A stretch of DNA of 64,000 bases, taken from a virus. Positions 33,949-44,840 of the stretch are shown here, piece by piece. Within the stretch, counting starts at the first letter, position 1, and the number at the start of each line of letters is the position of its first letter. The position numbers were made by a program, and so were the translations under genes. The notes below the pieces were generated by a model. The model did no database searches. It saw nothing but the letters and a program-made list of their open reading frames with translations, and was not told where the DNA came from. The stretch is taken from the UHGV virus genome UHGV-1455077. The stretch is one strand, 5' to 3'.

Positions 33949-36900
33949 TTATTCAACAATAATATTATTTTTACCACGTAAATAGTCAACAGTAATTAAA
34001 ATTGTTCCAGCAGTTGAAACTTGAATTACCGCAGATGAATCATCAACATTACTTAATGGAATGAATTTATTAATTAAATTCATATTTTCATCTAATAATT
34101 CCAAATACAAAGTATAATCAGAAAAATTATATTCTAATGTATAATCAGTATCATCTGCAATAATTTCAAAAGTTGTTGGATTAACTTTTTGTAAATCTCT
34201 TTCAAAGTTAAAAATAAAGTCATAACCTGTTTCTGGGATAACGAACCAATATGTTGAATTAAATAATTCGTGAGCATCAGATGAAGTATGTGCCAATTTA
34301 CATTCATAATATCTATCGCGATAAGCTACTCTATCACCAACTTTGTATTCAACACTTGTAGCCCAATTTTGGTAATACTTACCATTAATATCTCTTTTTG
34401 TTACATCTAATATATTTCTATTAAATAATAAACGAGCTGAATCTTCATTATTTGATGCAACAATAGAAACATATTTAATATCTTTTAAATCAACAGTTAA
34501 TCCCGTGTCAAAATCTTTTCCTTGTGCATAAACATCTTCCCACATTGATATTTTACCAGTTCTGCCTGCATCTTCATCAAAAGATGATGATGAAATATGA
34601 GCTTGACTACACATATAATAATAAGTTTCTTCAACTCCATCATATGTTTCATTATGTTTTACAATATCACCAACAGCATATGATAAATTTGATTCCCAAG
34701 TTAATGTATCTTGATTAATTTTATTCACAATAGAATAAAATGGTCGTCTAATATTAATTGATATTTGTTTTAAATTAACAAAATCTCCATAAATTCCTTT
34801 ATCAAAGAAAATTAAAGGAATTCTTGTTTTATTAATTGTTTGAATAGCTTGATAATCAATACCTAAACGATTTTCAGTTGATGCTAATTTATTAACATAT
34901 TCAACATTAGGAATAGCATCATTATCTGAAGCAATACGTTCAGCATATGATAATCCTGTATGTGTTGAATCATCAATAACTAAATAATTATCTCTTGTTG
35001 TTTGGAAAGTAATCTTTTGTCCACTCTCATAACTACGTATTGGATTACCATTTAAATCTAATGTTTTATCTAATAATATTGATGGAGTATAATAATTTTC
35101 TAATTTCCAATAATTACTATTATCTGTTGTTATATCAGTTGATGAAGTATGAGCTTGTAAGCATACAAAAATTTTATAACCTATTTCAAATGGTATTTGA
35201 ACATAATCATTAACATTATATTCAACTCCAATTTCCCAATCAGGATAAGATATTGAGTTTCCACCTAATTCTAAATGTCCATAAAACCCTGAACCAATAG
35301 AAACATCACCTATTAAATTTGTTCCTGTAACGGCAACTTTATTATTATTAGTTTCATCGCCTTGTTCAATAGTTAAACCATTTGTTAATGGTTTAACAAC
35401 TTCTTGACCATTAACAATTTCAGTATTATAAAGTCCTTTAACTAAATAATCTCCATTTGGAGTTGCTAAATAATCTAAAAATACCCATTTAGGTTGATAA
35501 AAACCAAATTGATAAATTCTTTTTGAACTCATTTCTGGGTCTAATGTATCAATATTATTTAATTCTGAATTATTAGAAAAACGAGTTGCAACAGTATTTG
35601 TTTCAGTAACTTCTTTATCAAATAAAGTATTAATAAATGTTAAATATTCTGTTCTATTACTTAAAGTAATAATATTTTTTCCCAATGAACAATTAGTAAA
35701 TTTATTACTAATAAATGAACCATTAGATGTTTTTCCAGCATCATTAAAGGCAGTAATATTTAACGCTTGATTTGTAATATCTTTAAATAAACAATTATTA
35801 AATAAAAACCAACTTAAATTATTTGATATACTTACACCATTTTTACCATTTTCAAATATGCAATCAAAAAAATGTATATGTGATGAATCTTGTAATCCTT
35901 GTGTTTTGTAAATATTAACTAATGTTGAACCGTTTCCATTTTGAACGTCTGAATAGCCAACAAATTTAACATTTTTAAACCATACATCAAAAGTTGAACC
36001 TAATAGTAAAACAGTTTCTAATGTACTTTCAGATACATCAAATGTCATATCTTCAACAATAATATTATGAGCAATTTCTCCATTAACACCATACTTATTT
36101 GTTGCTGATAAATCACTTAATACATAATTACTGTCTAATGTTGTTAATAATATATTTAAACCATTTTCATAACTATTAGTTTTAATAATTGTTCTATCAA
36201 TTCCTTCACCTTTTAAATGAATACCAGTTGGCAATGCAATAGGTTTAGAATTAATAATGTATTCTCCCGCAGGAACAAGCATTGTTTTATAACAATTTGG
36301 TTTATTATCTGAACAAAAAACAGTTAAAATTGCATTATAAAAACTATCTGAATCATCAGTTGTTCCATCTCCTAACACACCAAAGTTTTTAACTGAACAA
36401 TAATCATCTAAAACTTCTTGAATAGTTCTATCAGATGGCGGATTAGCATTTTCAGTATAACTTGAATCAGTTGTGATACCAATAATATCTAAAATACCAC
36501 CTTGTTCTTGACCTTCTCCATTTTCTAAAACAAGAGTATCTCCATTACTAATTAATTGTATTTTTCCACCTTCAACAACTTGTGCTTTAACATCTAAATT
36601 TAATGAATTAATAATATCACAAAATCCTTGGGCATCAGTTTCTTTATCAAAAGTTATAGTTTGACCATTGATTACAATTGTTGTTCCAGCAGGAATTGAT
36701 GGATATAATTTAGAACCTGTTACAATAATTGGAAGATTGCTTTCACTACCATTTGAAAAAACATATTTTATCATTTCCAAATTATCACTAAATTCAGTTA
36801 ATACTTGAATATTACCATATGGAAAAGTATTTGATTGAATTCTTTCTTTTAATTTTGGATTATTTGGATTACCAATAAAAAGGCTATTAGTATCAGTTGC

Positions 36901-36993
36901 TAAACCAAATTCACCTTCGTGTAAATCAGTCAATTCACTTTGATTTCCACGTCTATGTTGCATTAATGCTATCTGCTTTGTATTCTTTGCCAT
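33949..36993 (-). CDS. tailspike/tail fibre with right-handed beta-helix (pectate-lyase-like) and two CBM5/12-like repeats
   Basis: Beta-helix-like Asn-ladder segment (FDCIFENGKNGVSISNNLSWFLFNNCLFKDITNQALNITAFND). Repeats WEIGVEYNVNDYVQ...CLQAHTSS...YW and WATSVEYKVGDRVAYRDRYYECKLAHTSS...YW. Late box 37024-37031. Confidence 0.6.
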   Translation of the reverse strand: MAKNTKQIALMQHRRGNQSELTDLHEGEFGLATDTNSLFIGNPNNPKLKERIQSNTFPYGNIQVLTEFSDNLEMIKYVFSNGSESNLPIIVTGSKLYPSIPAGTTIVINGQTITFDKETDAQGFCDIINSLNLDVKAQVVEGGKIQLISNGDTLVLENGEGQEQGGILDIIGITTDSSYTENANPPSDRTIQEVLDDYCSVKNFGVLGDGTTDDSDSFYNAILTVFCSDNKPNCYKTMLVPAGEYIINSKPIALPTGIHLKGEGIDRTIIKTNSYENGLNILLTTLDSNYVLSDLSATNKYGVNGEIAHNIIVEDMTFDVSESTLETVLLLGSTFDVWFKNVKFVGYSDVQNGNGSTLVNIYKTQGLQDSSHIHFFDCIFENGKNGVSISNNLSWFLFNNCLFKDITNQALNITAFNDAGKTSNGSFISNKFTNCSLGKNIITLSNRTEYLTFINTLFDKEVTETNTVATRFSNNSELNNIDTLDPEMSSKRIYQFGFYQPKWVFLDYLATPNGDYLVKGLYNTEIVNGQEVVKPLTNGLTIEQGDETNNNKVAVTGTNLIGDVSIGSGFYGHLELGGNSISYPDWEIGVEYNVNDYVQIPFEIGYKIFVCLQAHTSSTDITTDNSNYWKLENYYTPSILLDKTLDLNGNPIRSYESGQKITFQTTRDNYLVIDDSTHTGLSYAERIASDNDAIPNVEYVNKLASTENRLGIDYQAIQTINKTRIPLIFFDKGIYGDFVNLKQISINIRRPFYSIVNKINQDTLTWESNLSYAVGDIVKHNETYDGVEETYYYMCSQAHISSSSFDEDAGRTGKISMWEDVYAQGKDFDTGLTVDLKDIKYVSIVASNNEDSARLLFNRNILDVTKRDINGKYYQNWATSVEYKVGDRVAYRDRYYECKLAHTSSDAHELFNSTYWFVIPETGYDFIFNFERDLQKVNPTTFEIIADDTDYTLEYNFSDYTLYLELLDENMNLINKFIPLSNVDDSSAVIQVSTAGTILITVDYLRGKNNIIVE

Positions 36994-37023
36994 TTTAAAT
37001 AAACCTTTTACATTATATATGAT

Positions 37024-37031
37024 TATTTATT
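37024..37031 (-). promoter_or_regulatory. late-promoter-like AATAAATA box upstream of the 1014-aa tailspike gene
   Basis: - strand attaAATAAATAatcatatataatg...ATG. Confidence 0.4.
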
Positions 37032-37099
37032 TAATAAATGTTTGTATAACCTTATTGATTGGGTTGAAATAAAAATAAAAAGAGAGGATTTTACCTCTC

Positions 37100-37708
37100 T
37101 TAATTTAAATCAATACCTAATTCTTTTGCTTTATTAATCATCTGTACTCTATTAAAACAATTCATTCTTTTTAGTATATTTGTTATATGAACTTTAACCG
37201 TGGATTCAGATATATTTAATTCATAAGCAATTTGTTTATTTGATAATCCTTTATTAATCAACTTAATAACATCTATCTGCTTATTTGTAACAATATTATT
37301 AAATGATTTCATTATTAAGTTATTAGGAAAATAATTTTCATTTAACATAATTAAGTTTATTATATTGAAAATTTTATCATTTGAATACTTTTTAGAAATA
37401 TAACCAGCAACATTAAACGCCATATATGTTTTAACATCTGATGAAATATATTCTGATGTAAAAATAACAATTTTTGATTTCGTATTACTATTTGTAATAG
37501 TTTTAATAAGAGATTGCATATCTATTTTGTTAGTTTTTGTAATAAAAATTAAATCATACATATTAAAATCAACATTATTTTTAACTGCCAAATAATCACA
37601 GTACGCATCAACATCACATTCAATATTAAATCTTTTTAATAATTCTTTTAGTCCAGTAACATATAGTTCCTCATCATCTAAAGTTAGTATTTTCATTCTT
37701 AACCTCAC
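37100..37708 (-). CDS. NarL/FixJ-family response regulator (receiver domain plus LuxR-type HTH), orphan
   Basis: KILTLDDEELYVTGLKELL (acidic pocket), YDLIFI (phospho-Asp position), GYISK (conserved Lys). C-terminal LSNKQIAYELNISESTVKVHITNILKRM LuxR HTH. Confidence 0.65.
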   Translation of the reverse strand: MRLRMKILTLDDEELYVTGLKELLKRFNIECDVDAYCDYLAVKNNVDFNMYDLIFITKTNKIDMQSLIKTITNSNTKSKIVIFTSEYISSDVKTYMAFNVAGYISKKYSNDKIFNIINLIMLNENYFPNNLIMKSFNNIVTNKQIDVIKLINKGLSNKQIAYELNISESTVKVHITNILKRMNCFNRVQMINKAKELGIDLN

Positions 37709-37933
37709 TTCTGTTTGTTATAAAACTATCACAATAATAAAAGAGGTATTAATAATTCTTTAGAAGCGTAGCACATAATTCTTAATATTTAGTTTTCAAT
37801 ATGAAAATAGTTTTAAAAAAAATTTATTAAGTAAAAACAATAAGTTATCTCATTTTTATCTCAAATTTCATTTAATTTTGGTCAATAAATATTTTTGTGA
37901 GAAGGACATCACGATTAAATTGAGAGGTTAAAA

Positions 37934-38392
37934 ATGAATACATCTTATGAAAAATTATCATTTTATAACACCTTTTTTGGTGGTTCAATAGATGGTGATA
38001 ATATTGTTTCAACGGACTTTTATGGCAACAAGCAAATCGTTGGTGTAACAATGAAAAAATATCAAGATACGTTAGATTTATTAAACACATATTATAATAA
38101 ATTGATTGAACTTGGTGTCATTGAAAAGGAGAAAACTCCAGAAGATATTGCTAAAGAGCAACAACAAATGATGCAAGCAATGTTTACCCAAATGCAGATG
38201 ATGCAAGAGAAATTGGATAATTTACAAAAGAATACTGATGAAAATATTATGAAAGGCGAAAATAATGAATATGAATCAAATAGCGAATTTGTTAACACAG
38301 AAATTCAATCTGAATCAAAATCAACAGAGCAACCTATCACAGTCAATAGAAAAAGCAAGAACTCTGCTAAATTCAGTAAACAATCCAACTGA
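37934..38392 (+). CDS. hypothetical Gln/Met-rich protein
   Basis: 152-aa ORF; 3' end overlaps the next ORF in a different frame. Confidence 0.4.
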   Translation: MNTSYEKLSFYNTFFGGSIDGDNIVSTDFYGNKQIVGVTMKKYQDTLDLLNTYYNKLIELGVIEKEKTPEDIAKEQQQMMQAMFTQMQMMQEKLDNLQKNTDENIMKGENNEYESNSEFVNTEIQSESKSTEQPITVNRKSKNSAKFSKQSN

Positions 38393-38657
38393 AGCATTAT
38401 CTAAAGCAAATATTGACCCAGGTTTTTTAGAAAAAATTAAAGGTTACTTAAACAATCCAATGTATAGCTTTTTATTACCTATGATTGGAATAGATAAAAA
38501 AGTTGCCTTACAAAAGATAGATTCATTGGAACAAATGTTGAATAATCAGTCAACTAATCTTACAACATACTCTAATGAATCTCAAACTTCATCATTCCCA
38601 ACGAGTCAGAATGATGATTTAGAAAGATTTAGAAAAGGTCTAAATTCTTTCAAATAG
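38265..38657 (+). CDS. hypothetical protein
   Basis: 130-aa ORF. Confidence 0.4.
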   Translation: MNMNQIANLLTQKFNLNQNQQSNLSQSIEKARTLLNSVNNPTEALSKANIDPGFLEKIKGYLNNPMYSFLLPMIGIDKKVALQKIDSLEQMLNNQSTNLTTYSNESQTSSFPTSQNDDLERFRKGLNSFK

Positions 38658-38709
38658 GACTCAATATTATTATGTTTATTAAAATATTATTATAAAAGGA
38701 GATATTATT

Positions 38710-39294
38710 ATGAACGAAATGATGTCAAATGATACTACATTTAGTTGGGGTTGGGTAATTTTCTTAATCTTAATTTTATGGTTCTTTGTTGGCGGAAACG
38801 GTTTTGGTTTTGGCGGATATGGTAACAGAGCTGGAAGTTTTTTAGCTGGTGATATATTAGGTCAATTACAAGGTCGTGATGCTTCATTAAGTTGCGGAGC
38901 TTCAAACTGTGAAGTTGAAAGACGTGGCTTAATTACTGCCGCTGAAACAAATTATAGAATTATTGACCAAGCTCAGCAAACTCGCAATGTTGTAGAAGCA
39001 ACTTCTGCTACAACAAATGCAAAAATTGACTTCTATGCTTACCAAGATTTAAGAGATAAATTATCTGAATCTCAAAGAGAAAATATGATGTTACAAAACA
39101 AATTATATTCTGATGCGAAATTCGGTGCAATTGAAGCTCAATTAGCTTCTATCTCTTGCAGAATGGCTAAACAACCAGAAGTTTATGCAACAAGTGCTGT
39201 TTGTCCAAATGCCGCTGTAATTAACGGTTTAGGTATCAATGGTATGCCTTACGGTTTTTACGGTTGCGGATGCAATGGTAACGTATTATCTTAA
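38710..39294 (+). CDS. membrane/Gly-rich protein
   Basis: TM helix WGWVIFLILILWFFVGG followed by GNGFGFGGYGN; terminator hairpin at 39312-39340. Confidence 0.4.
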   Translation: MNEMMSNDTTFSWGWVIFLILILWFFVGGNGFGFGGYGNRAGSFLAGDILGQLQGRDASLSCGASNCEVERRGLITAAETNYRIIDQAQQTRNVVEATSATTNAKIDFYAYQDLRDKLSESQRENMMLQNKLYSDAKFGAIEAQLASISCRMAKQPEVYATSAVCPNAAVINGLGINGMPYGFYGCGCNGNVLS

Positions 39295-39365
39295 TTAAGA
39301 TAATATAATTAAATCGGGTGATGATGATTATTCACCATCACCCTTGAATTACAAGGAGAATTATT

Positions 39366-39698
39366 ATGTTTTGTGATATATTACACGTTAAAAGTACAGC
39401 AGTAGCATATAACGCCGCAACTGCTGATGCAACATCTAATTTATTAATTACTTTACCAAATGCTACTTTAACAAATGGTCAAGTTTTTACTTTAGATATT
39501 TGCCAATCAATTCCTGAAATTCCAGCAGGTGATAATCCACAAGTGATGTTAGTAATTAATTCATCACCTTATCCTGTTTATTTACAAATGGGAAATTATG
39601 TACGTGCAAATAGCTTAAAATGTCGTAAAAGATTAACATTAGTGTTTGGAACAGACCCATCACATATGACTGTTTTATCACCTTGTTTGAAATTCTAA
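39366..39698 (+). CDS. hypothetical protein
   Basis: 110-aa ORF. Confidence 0.4.
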   Translation: MFCDILHVKSTAVAYNAATADATSNLLITLPNATLTNGQVFTLDICQSIPEIPAGDNPQVMLVINSSPYPVYLQMGNYVRANSLKCRKRLTLVFGTDPSHMTVLSPCLKF

Positions 39699-39765
39699 AA
39701 TAAAAAGGAATAAGTTGTTGTATGCCTTTATTCTTTATGAGTAAAGGCATCTGAAAAGGATTAAA

Positions 39766-40140
39766 ATGAATTGTAAATTTAATGTTAAAAAATGTCTTAC
39801 TTGTCCAAAATATAATCATTGCTTATTACAAATGGTTTATACAAATACTTTGGGTCTTGCTGATATGATTAATGATTTAGTTGAAAATCAACAAAAATTA
39901 ATTAATACATTATCTAATATTCAAACATCTATCTATCCTAAATCTTTAGAAGATAGTGTTGATTTATCAACAAATGTTGATGAAATATCGACAAAATTAG
40001 ATACATTAACAAGAATGTTTGAAAATAATGAAGATGATAAAAATGAAATGAATATAGACTTATCACAAATACAAGCAACATTATTAAATATTAAATCAAG
40101 AATTGATAATCTTTTATTAGAAAAGGAAAGAGATGCTTAG
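39766..40140 (+). CDS. hypothetical coiled-coil protein
   Basis: 124-aa ORF. Confidence 0.4.
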   Translation: MNCKFNVKKCLTCPKYNHCLLQMVYTNTLGLADMINDLVENQQKLINTLSNIQTSIYPKSLEDSVDLSTNVDEISTKLDTLTRMFENNEDDKNEMNIDLSQIQATLLNIKSRIDNLLLEKERDA

Positions 40141-40301
40141 ATTTATTGGAGATATGTTTATTGGTTGGATACTTTTTACCGATACTGGTAAAAAAACAAT
40201 TAATATGGTAGTGAATAAGGCGTATAAACATATTCAATCAAATGTGTTAAATTCAACACAAATGAAAGATTTATTGTCATTAAAAGATATTTTTATAAAG
40301 G

Positions 40302-40559
40302 ATGAAAATGATAAATCTACCACTAACAATTGAACAAAAAATTGATGAAATTCATACCGAAGTTGTTCAGAACGATAATATGTTAGATGTATTAAATTTA
40401 ATTTCCATTGCATTAGGTTTTTATAACTCATATTTGAATATCCAACAGATTGATAACAACTCTATTATGGCAGAATTAAATAAGCAAGATAAAATTTATT
40501 TTGAACGAATAATTAAATTACTTGAAGAAATAAAAGGAGCAAAAAATGATGATGAGTAA
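40302..40559 (+). CDS. hypothetical protein
   Basis: 85-aa ORF. Confidence 0.35.
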   Translation: MKMINLPLTIEQKIDEIHTEVVQNDNMLDVLNLISIALGFYNSYLNIQQIDNNSIMAELNKQDKIYFERIIKLLEEIKGAKNDDE

Positions 40560-40848
40560 TGGAATGATGCGTGGTAATAACGTTCCTGAAATGTCTGAAG
40601 AAAAGACAGAAATTAAAGTTAAAGATGAAGAAACATCACAAACTCAAATTTGTGAAAACAATGTTGAAATTAAAAAAGATTCTTCAACATCAGATTTTAT
40701 GAATCTTGCAAAACTTTATATTCCATTAGTTACTTCTATGATTAATACAAGTAACGAGTCTTTTGAAATTAAATGTTTACACGAAAAGTTGCACGAATTA
40801 GATAAGAGAATTGCAGTTTGTGAAGCATTAATCCATTCAGGAAAATAA
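40546..40848 (+). CDS. hypothetical protein
   Basis: 100-aa ORF followed by bidirectional terminator aaagaaaagggctgtatagcccttttctttt. Confidence 0.4.
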   Translation: MMMSNGMMRGNNVPEMSEEKTEIKVKDEETSQTQICENNVEIKKDSSTSDFMNLAKLYIPLVTSMINTSNESFEIKCLHEKLHELDKRIAVCEALIHSGK

Positions 40849-40877
40849 AAAGAAAAGGGCTGTATAGCCCTTTTCTT

Positions 40878-42116
40878 TTAGAATTTATAATGTTGAGGAT
40901 ATAATATATAAGGAGCAAATTCATCCGCATATTTTTTTAATTTTTCATCTAAATCTTCATCTTCAATAGCGTTATCAAATTTTTCAATTGATATATATTC
41001 AATACTTAAAGCTCCATCAATTTTACCATCATTATATATTGGAGCTAAAAATATACCTTTAACACCTCGCATATTAAATCTTTCAATAGTATTTGCTCCA
41101 AATTTACTTATATCTGCCGCAATATTACCACTTTTTGACATTATATTTTTAATATTTTTTTCTCTATCATCACTAATCATTTGCACATTTGCAATTTCAC
41201 TTGTTACACCAACAATTGTTGATTCGTAAACTGCTGAATGATAATGTTCTCCATCTTTTGTAAAATATTTAGAAATCATTGCACGAGAACCATTAAATTC
41301 TCTTAAAATTTCATCTAATTTTTCTTTAACAATTAAAGTATAAGTTGGATGAGGTGGTTTTAAAATTGTTTTATAAGATTTACACATTGGTTTTCCATCA
41401 AATAACTCATCTTTTAAATCCCCATTAATAACACCAATCGTTTCACATAAATTATTAAATATTACGTTTAAATAACCATCTATTGTATTAAATGCAAAAT
41501 ACATTTTTGTTGCAGGTGTTGTATCACAACCACGAGAAAATAAATTCTTAACAGAATTAGAAACTAATTTTTCTGTAATATCTGAAAGCATATAAAATTT
41601 ATTTAAAAATTTTACAGGTATCCCTCTTTCTAAAAATTTTCTTTTTTGATTAATGTTATTTTTTGTTAAGCATTCCATTAAATAAGAGCAAGCAACATCA
41701 CAATCTAAATTATCAATATCTATTTCATCAACAAAAGTTTTAAAAGATTCACGAGCATTTTCATATATAATATGAATAACTTCTTTTGCCATTTTTTCTT
41801 TATTTGCCATATAATCTTCATCTTCTGGATGTAAATTATTTTTTAATTTAATTGCATCTATTCCTGTATTTAACCAATAATCTAAATTTCTAAAAATTGG
41901 GTGCTTTAATAAATCTTTTTTGGTATAACTTAAAGAAGTTTTTTTAAAAGTTAATTTATTAATAATAGCTTTAAATAAACCACATATTTGTTCTTTAAAA
42001 TAAACTAAACTAAAAATTGTTAAAAATGCCCAAAAAGAAGGGCCTAAATCTTTAATGTCATTCCATATTAAAAGCCAACCTGAATCGTTTGCTAGTGTTG
42101 GTAAATCTGTCATCAA
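40878..42116 (-). CDS. hypothetical protein
   Basis: 412-aa ORF beginning MMTD. Confidence 0.4.
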   Translation of the reverse strand: MMTDLPTLANDSGWLLIWNDIKDLGPSFWAFLTIFSLVYFKEQICGLFKAIINKLTFKKTSLSYTKKDLLKHPIFRNLDYWLNTGIDAIKLKNNLHPEDEDYMANKEKMAKEVIHIIYENARESFKTFVDEIDIDNLDCDVACSYLMECLTKNNINQKRKFLERGIPVKFLNKFYMLSDITEKLVSNSVKNLFSRGCDTTPATKMYFAFNTIDGYLNVIFNNLCETIGVINGDLKDELFDGKPMCKSYKTILKPPHPTYTLIVKEKLDEILREFNGSRAMISKYFTKDGEHYHSAVYESTIVGVTSEIANVQMISDDREKNIKNIMSKSGNIAADISKFGANTIERFNMRGVKGIFLAPIYNDGKIDGALSIEYISIEKFDNAIEDEDLDEKLKKYADEFAPYILYPQHYKF

Positions 42117-42210
42117 CTTATCCTAAAAATTTTCATTACTAGAATTATTTATACATTTTATAAATTCCATAAATATTCTTATTAAAAAGACATTAAACAA
42201 AGGTTAAAAT

Positions 42211-42672
42211 ATGGATAATCAAATTACAAAAAATTTTACTTTATCAGAATTAACATATTCTGATACTGCAAAAGCTAAAAAATTAGATAATACTCCAACA
42301 GAAATTGAATATAATAATATGAAAAATTTATGTGAAAATGTATTGCAACCTTTAAGAGATGCATTAGGAAAACCAATAAGAGTTAATTCTTGTTATCGTG
42401 GAAAACAACTTAATGAAGCTGTCGGTGGTTCAAAAACTTCTCAACATTGTAAAGGTCAAGCTGCTGATATTGAAATTATTGGTATGAGTAATTATGATTT
42501 AGCTTGCTATATTCGTGATAATTTTGATTTTGACCAATTGATTCTTGAATTTACTGATAATATTAAGAATGATATTAATGCTGGTTGGGTTCACGTATCT
42601 TATGTTTCACCAAGTGTTAATCGTAAACAATGTTTAACAATTAATAAGTCTGGAACAAAATTAGGATTTTAA
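42211..42672 (+). CDS. peptidase M15 family (zinc D-Ala-D-Ala carboxypeptidase-like) cell-wall hydrolase, probable endolysin component
   Basis: SCYRG...SQHCKGQAADIE...WVHVSY matches the H-x6-D ... H zinc ligand pattern of M15A/VanY-like peptidases. Confidence 0.55.
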   Translation: MDNQITKNFTLSELTYSDTAKAKKLDNTPTEIEYNNMKNLCENVLQPLRDALGKPIRVNSCYRGKQLNEAVGGSKTSQHCKGQAADIEIIGMSNYDLACYIRDNFDFDQLILEFTDNIKNDINAGWVHVSYVSPSVNRKQCLTINKSGTKLGF

Positions 42673-43058
42673 TACCCACACGCATACCAATCAATCCCAA
42701 ATACAGCATTATTATATAATCTTATATAAGCACTTGATTTTGTTTTTGCCGTAAAATTTACTGGATTATTTGCATAATATTGTTCATCTGTTGAAGAAGT
42801 TGCATTGGAAGTATTTCCAACGATAATATAGTTTGTATTTGAAAAATTTTTTATAAAATAGATATAATTATGAACAAGTTTATGCCCACCTTGTTCAATC
42901 CAGCCATCTGACCAAACACGATACCATTGACTTCCATCTTCTGATTGACCTGTTTCAATAACATATTTCATTGAATTAAGTTTATTAGTTATTTCTTCAA
43001 GTTTATCAAGTAATCCATTAATTCGTTCCATATCTATTTTACTTACATCAGTCATCAA
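42669..43058 (-). CDS. hypothetical protein (MMTD-family paralog of 3307..3714)
   Basis: MMTDVSKIDMERINGLLDKLEEITNKLNSM parallels MMTDTSKLPISRVGELNDKLSEINNHLNLL. Confidence 0.45.
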   Translation of the reverse strand: MMTDVSKIDMERINGLLDKLEEITNKLNSMKYVIETGQSEDGSQWYRVWSDGWIEQGGHKLVHNYIYFIKNFSNTNYIIVGNTSNATSSTDEQYYANNPVNFTAKTKSSAYIRLYNNAVFGIDWYACGY

Positions 43059-43100
43059 TTTATCCTTTATTTGTATTTAATAAATACAAATAAACCATTA

Positions 43101-43128
43101 AAAAACCGCCTATATAGGCGGTTTTTTA
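43101..43128 (-). terminator. hairpin aaaaaccgcctatataggcggtttttt downstream of the GroEL gene
   Basis: 10-bp stem with flanking T/A runs. Confidence 0.55.
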
Positions 43129-43145
43129 TAAATATTTTCAACTGA

Positions 43146-44780
43146 TTACATTCCCATTTGTGATGGTTTCATTGCCGACATTAACTTTAAATTAGTTTCT
43201 GTATCATCAATAATTAATCCTTCAACAGTAAGCAATGAACCAGCAATAGATGCTCCGTTTTCCAATGCACAACGAACAACTTTCGTTGCATCAAGAATAC
43301 CTGCTTCAATTAAATCACAGAATTTATCATTACGAGCATCATAACCATATGAATAAGTTTCATTATCTTGAACCTTTTCTACAATTACTTCACCAGTTTT
43401 TCCTGCATTTTCAGCAATTTTTTTCATTGGAGCAGATAAAGAATTAAGAACAATACCATATCCTGTCCATTCATCATCTGTTATAGCAAAATCAAGATTA
43501 TTACTAATTTCTTGATATGCTCTTACAAGAGAAACACCACCACCTGGTAAAATACCTTCTTCAAGTGCCGCTCTCGTTGCACATACAGCATCTTCAACAC
43601 GGTCTTTCTTTTCTTTAACTTCGGTTTCTGTTGCACCACCGACTTTAATAACAGCAACGCCTTTAGTCAATTTTGCAAGTCTTTCACGAAGTTTTTCTTT
43701 ATCATATGAAGATTCAGTATTTTCAATTTCAGCAATTAATTGTTCAGCTCTTTCAGAAACAGCATTTTTATCACCGTGTCCACCAATAATAACTGTTTCA
43801 GTTGGTGAAATACGAATTTTATCACAAGAACCTAATGATTCTATTTTAACATCTTCTAATTTATATCCCATTTGTGTTGAGATAAATTCACCACCTGTTA
43901 AAATTGCAATATCTTCCATTTGAAATTTACGAATATCACCAAATGAAGGAGCTTTAACTGCACAAACTTTTAAACCTGCTTTCATTCTATTAATTACTAA
44001 TGTTGACAAAGGTTCATCAGCCATTTCATCTGAAATAAGAACTAATGGTTGACCAATTTGCATAACATCTTCAAGCAATGGCAAAATAGATTGAATTGTA
44101 TTAATTTTACCATCATATAAAAGAATCAATGGATTATCATATTCAACTAATTGTCTTTCTGCATTAGTCATAAAATATGGAGAAAGATAACCTTGGTCAA
44201 ATTGTAAGCCATCAACAACTTCCAATTCAGTTTTTAATCCTTTTGCTTCCTCAACCGTGACAACACCACGTTCACCAACAATTTCAATAGCTTTAGCAAT
44301 AAAATCTCCAATTTCAGCATCGCCGTTTGCAGAAATAGTTGCTAATTGTCTAATTTCTTCATTAGTTTCAACTTTTTTAGAATGAGATTTTAATACTTCA
44401 ACAACATCTTTAACAGCTATATTAATACCTTGCTGAATTTCAGTTGATTTACGACCTTTTGAAATCCATTTTAAGCCTTCTTCAGCAATTGCAGATGCAA
44501 TAATACAAGTAGCTGTTGTTCCATCACCTGCATCTCTATTTGTTTTTTCAGAAGCCTGAACAATTAATTTTGCTCCTTCACCTTCTGCATCCATTAAAGT
44601 AATAGATTTTGCAACTGTTACACCATCTTTAGTAACTTTTGGTGTTCCCCAAGACTGTTGAATTGCAATTGTTCTACCACCAGGGCCTGATGTTTGTGCA
44701 ACAACATCAGAAACTGTTTTTAATCCTTTATATAGCTCTGTACGAGCTTCATCGCCTTTAATAACTTTTTTAATTGGCAT
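43146..44780 (-). CDS. groL: chaperonin GroEL (Hsp60)
   Basis: 544 aa, collinear with GroEL: AVKAPGFGDRRK-like [21 protein letters not shown]-like [10 protein letters not shown]-terminal GGM-type tail MGM. Confidence 0.9.
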   Translation of the reverse strand: MPIKKVIKGDEARTELYKGLKTVSDVVAQTSGPGGRTIAIQQSWGTPKVTKDGVTVAKSITLMDAEGEGAKLIVQASEKTNRDAGDGTTATCIIASAIAEEGLKWISKGRKSTEIQQGINIAVKDVVEVLKSHSKKVETNEEIRQLATISANGDAEIGDFIAKAIEIVGERGVVTVEEAKGLKTELEVVDGLQFDQGYLSPYFMTNAERQLVEYDNPLILLYDGKINTIQSILPLLEDVMQIGQPLVLISDEMADEPLSTLVINRMKAGLKVCAVKAPSFGDIRKFQMEDIAILTGGEFISTQMGYKLEDVKIESLGSCDKIRISPTETVIIGGHGDKNAVSERAEQLIAEIENTESSYDKEKLRERLAKLTKGVAVIKVGGATETEVKEKKDRVEDAVCATRAALEEGILPGGGVSLVRAYQEISNNLDFAITDDEWTGYGIVLNSLSAPMKKIAENAGKTGEVIVEKVQDNETYSYGYDARNDKFCDLIEAGILDATKVVRCALENGASIAGSLLTVEGLIIDDTETNLKLMSAMKPSQMGM

Positions 44781-44840
44781 ATTTTTAACTCCTTATTTTA
44801 ACTTTTCTATTATATTATAAATTATTTTATAAATGCAATA

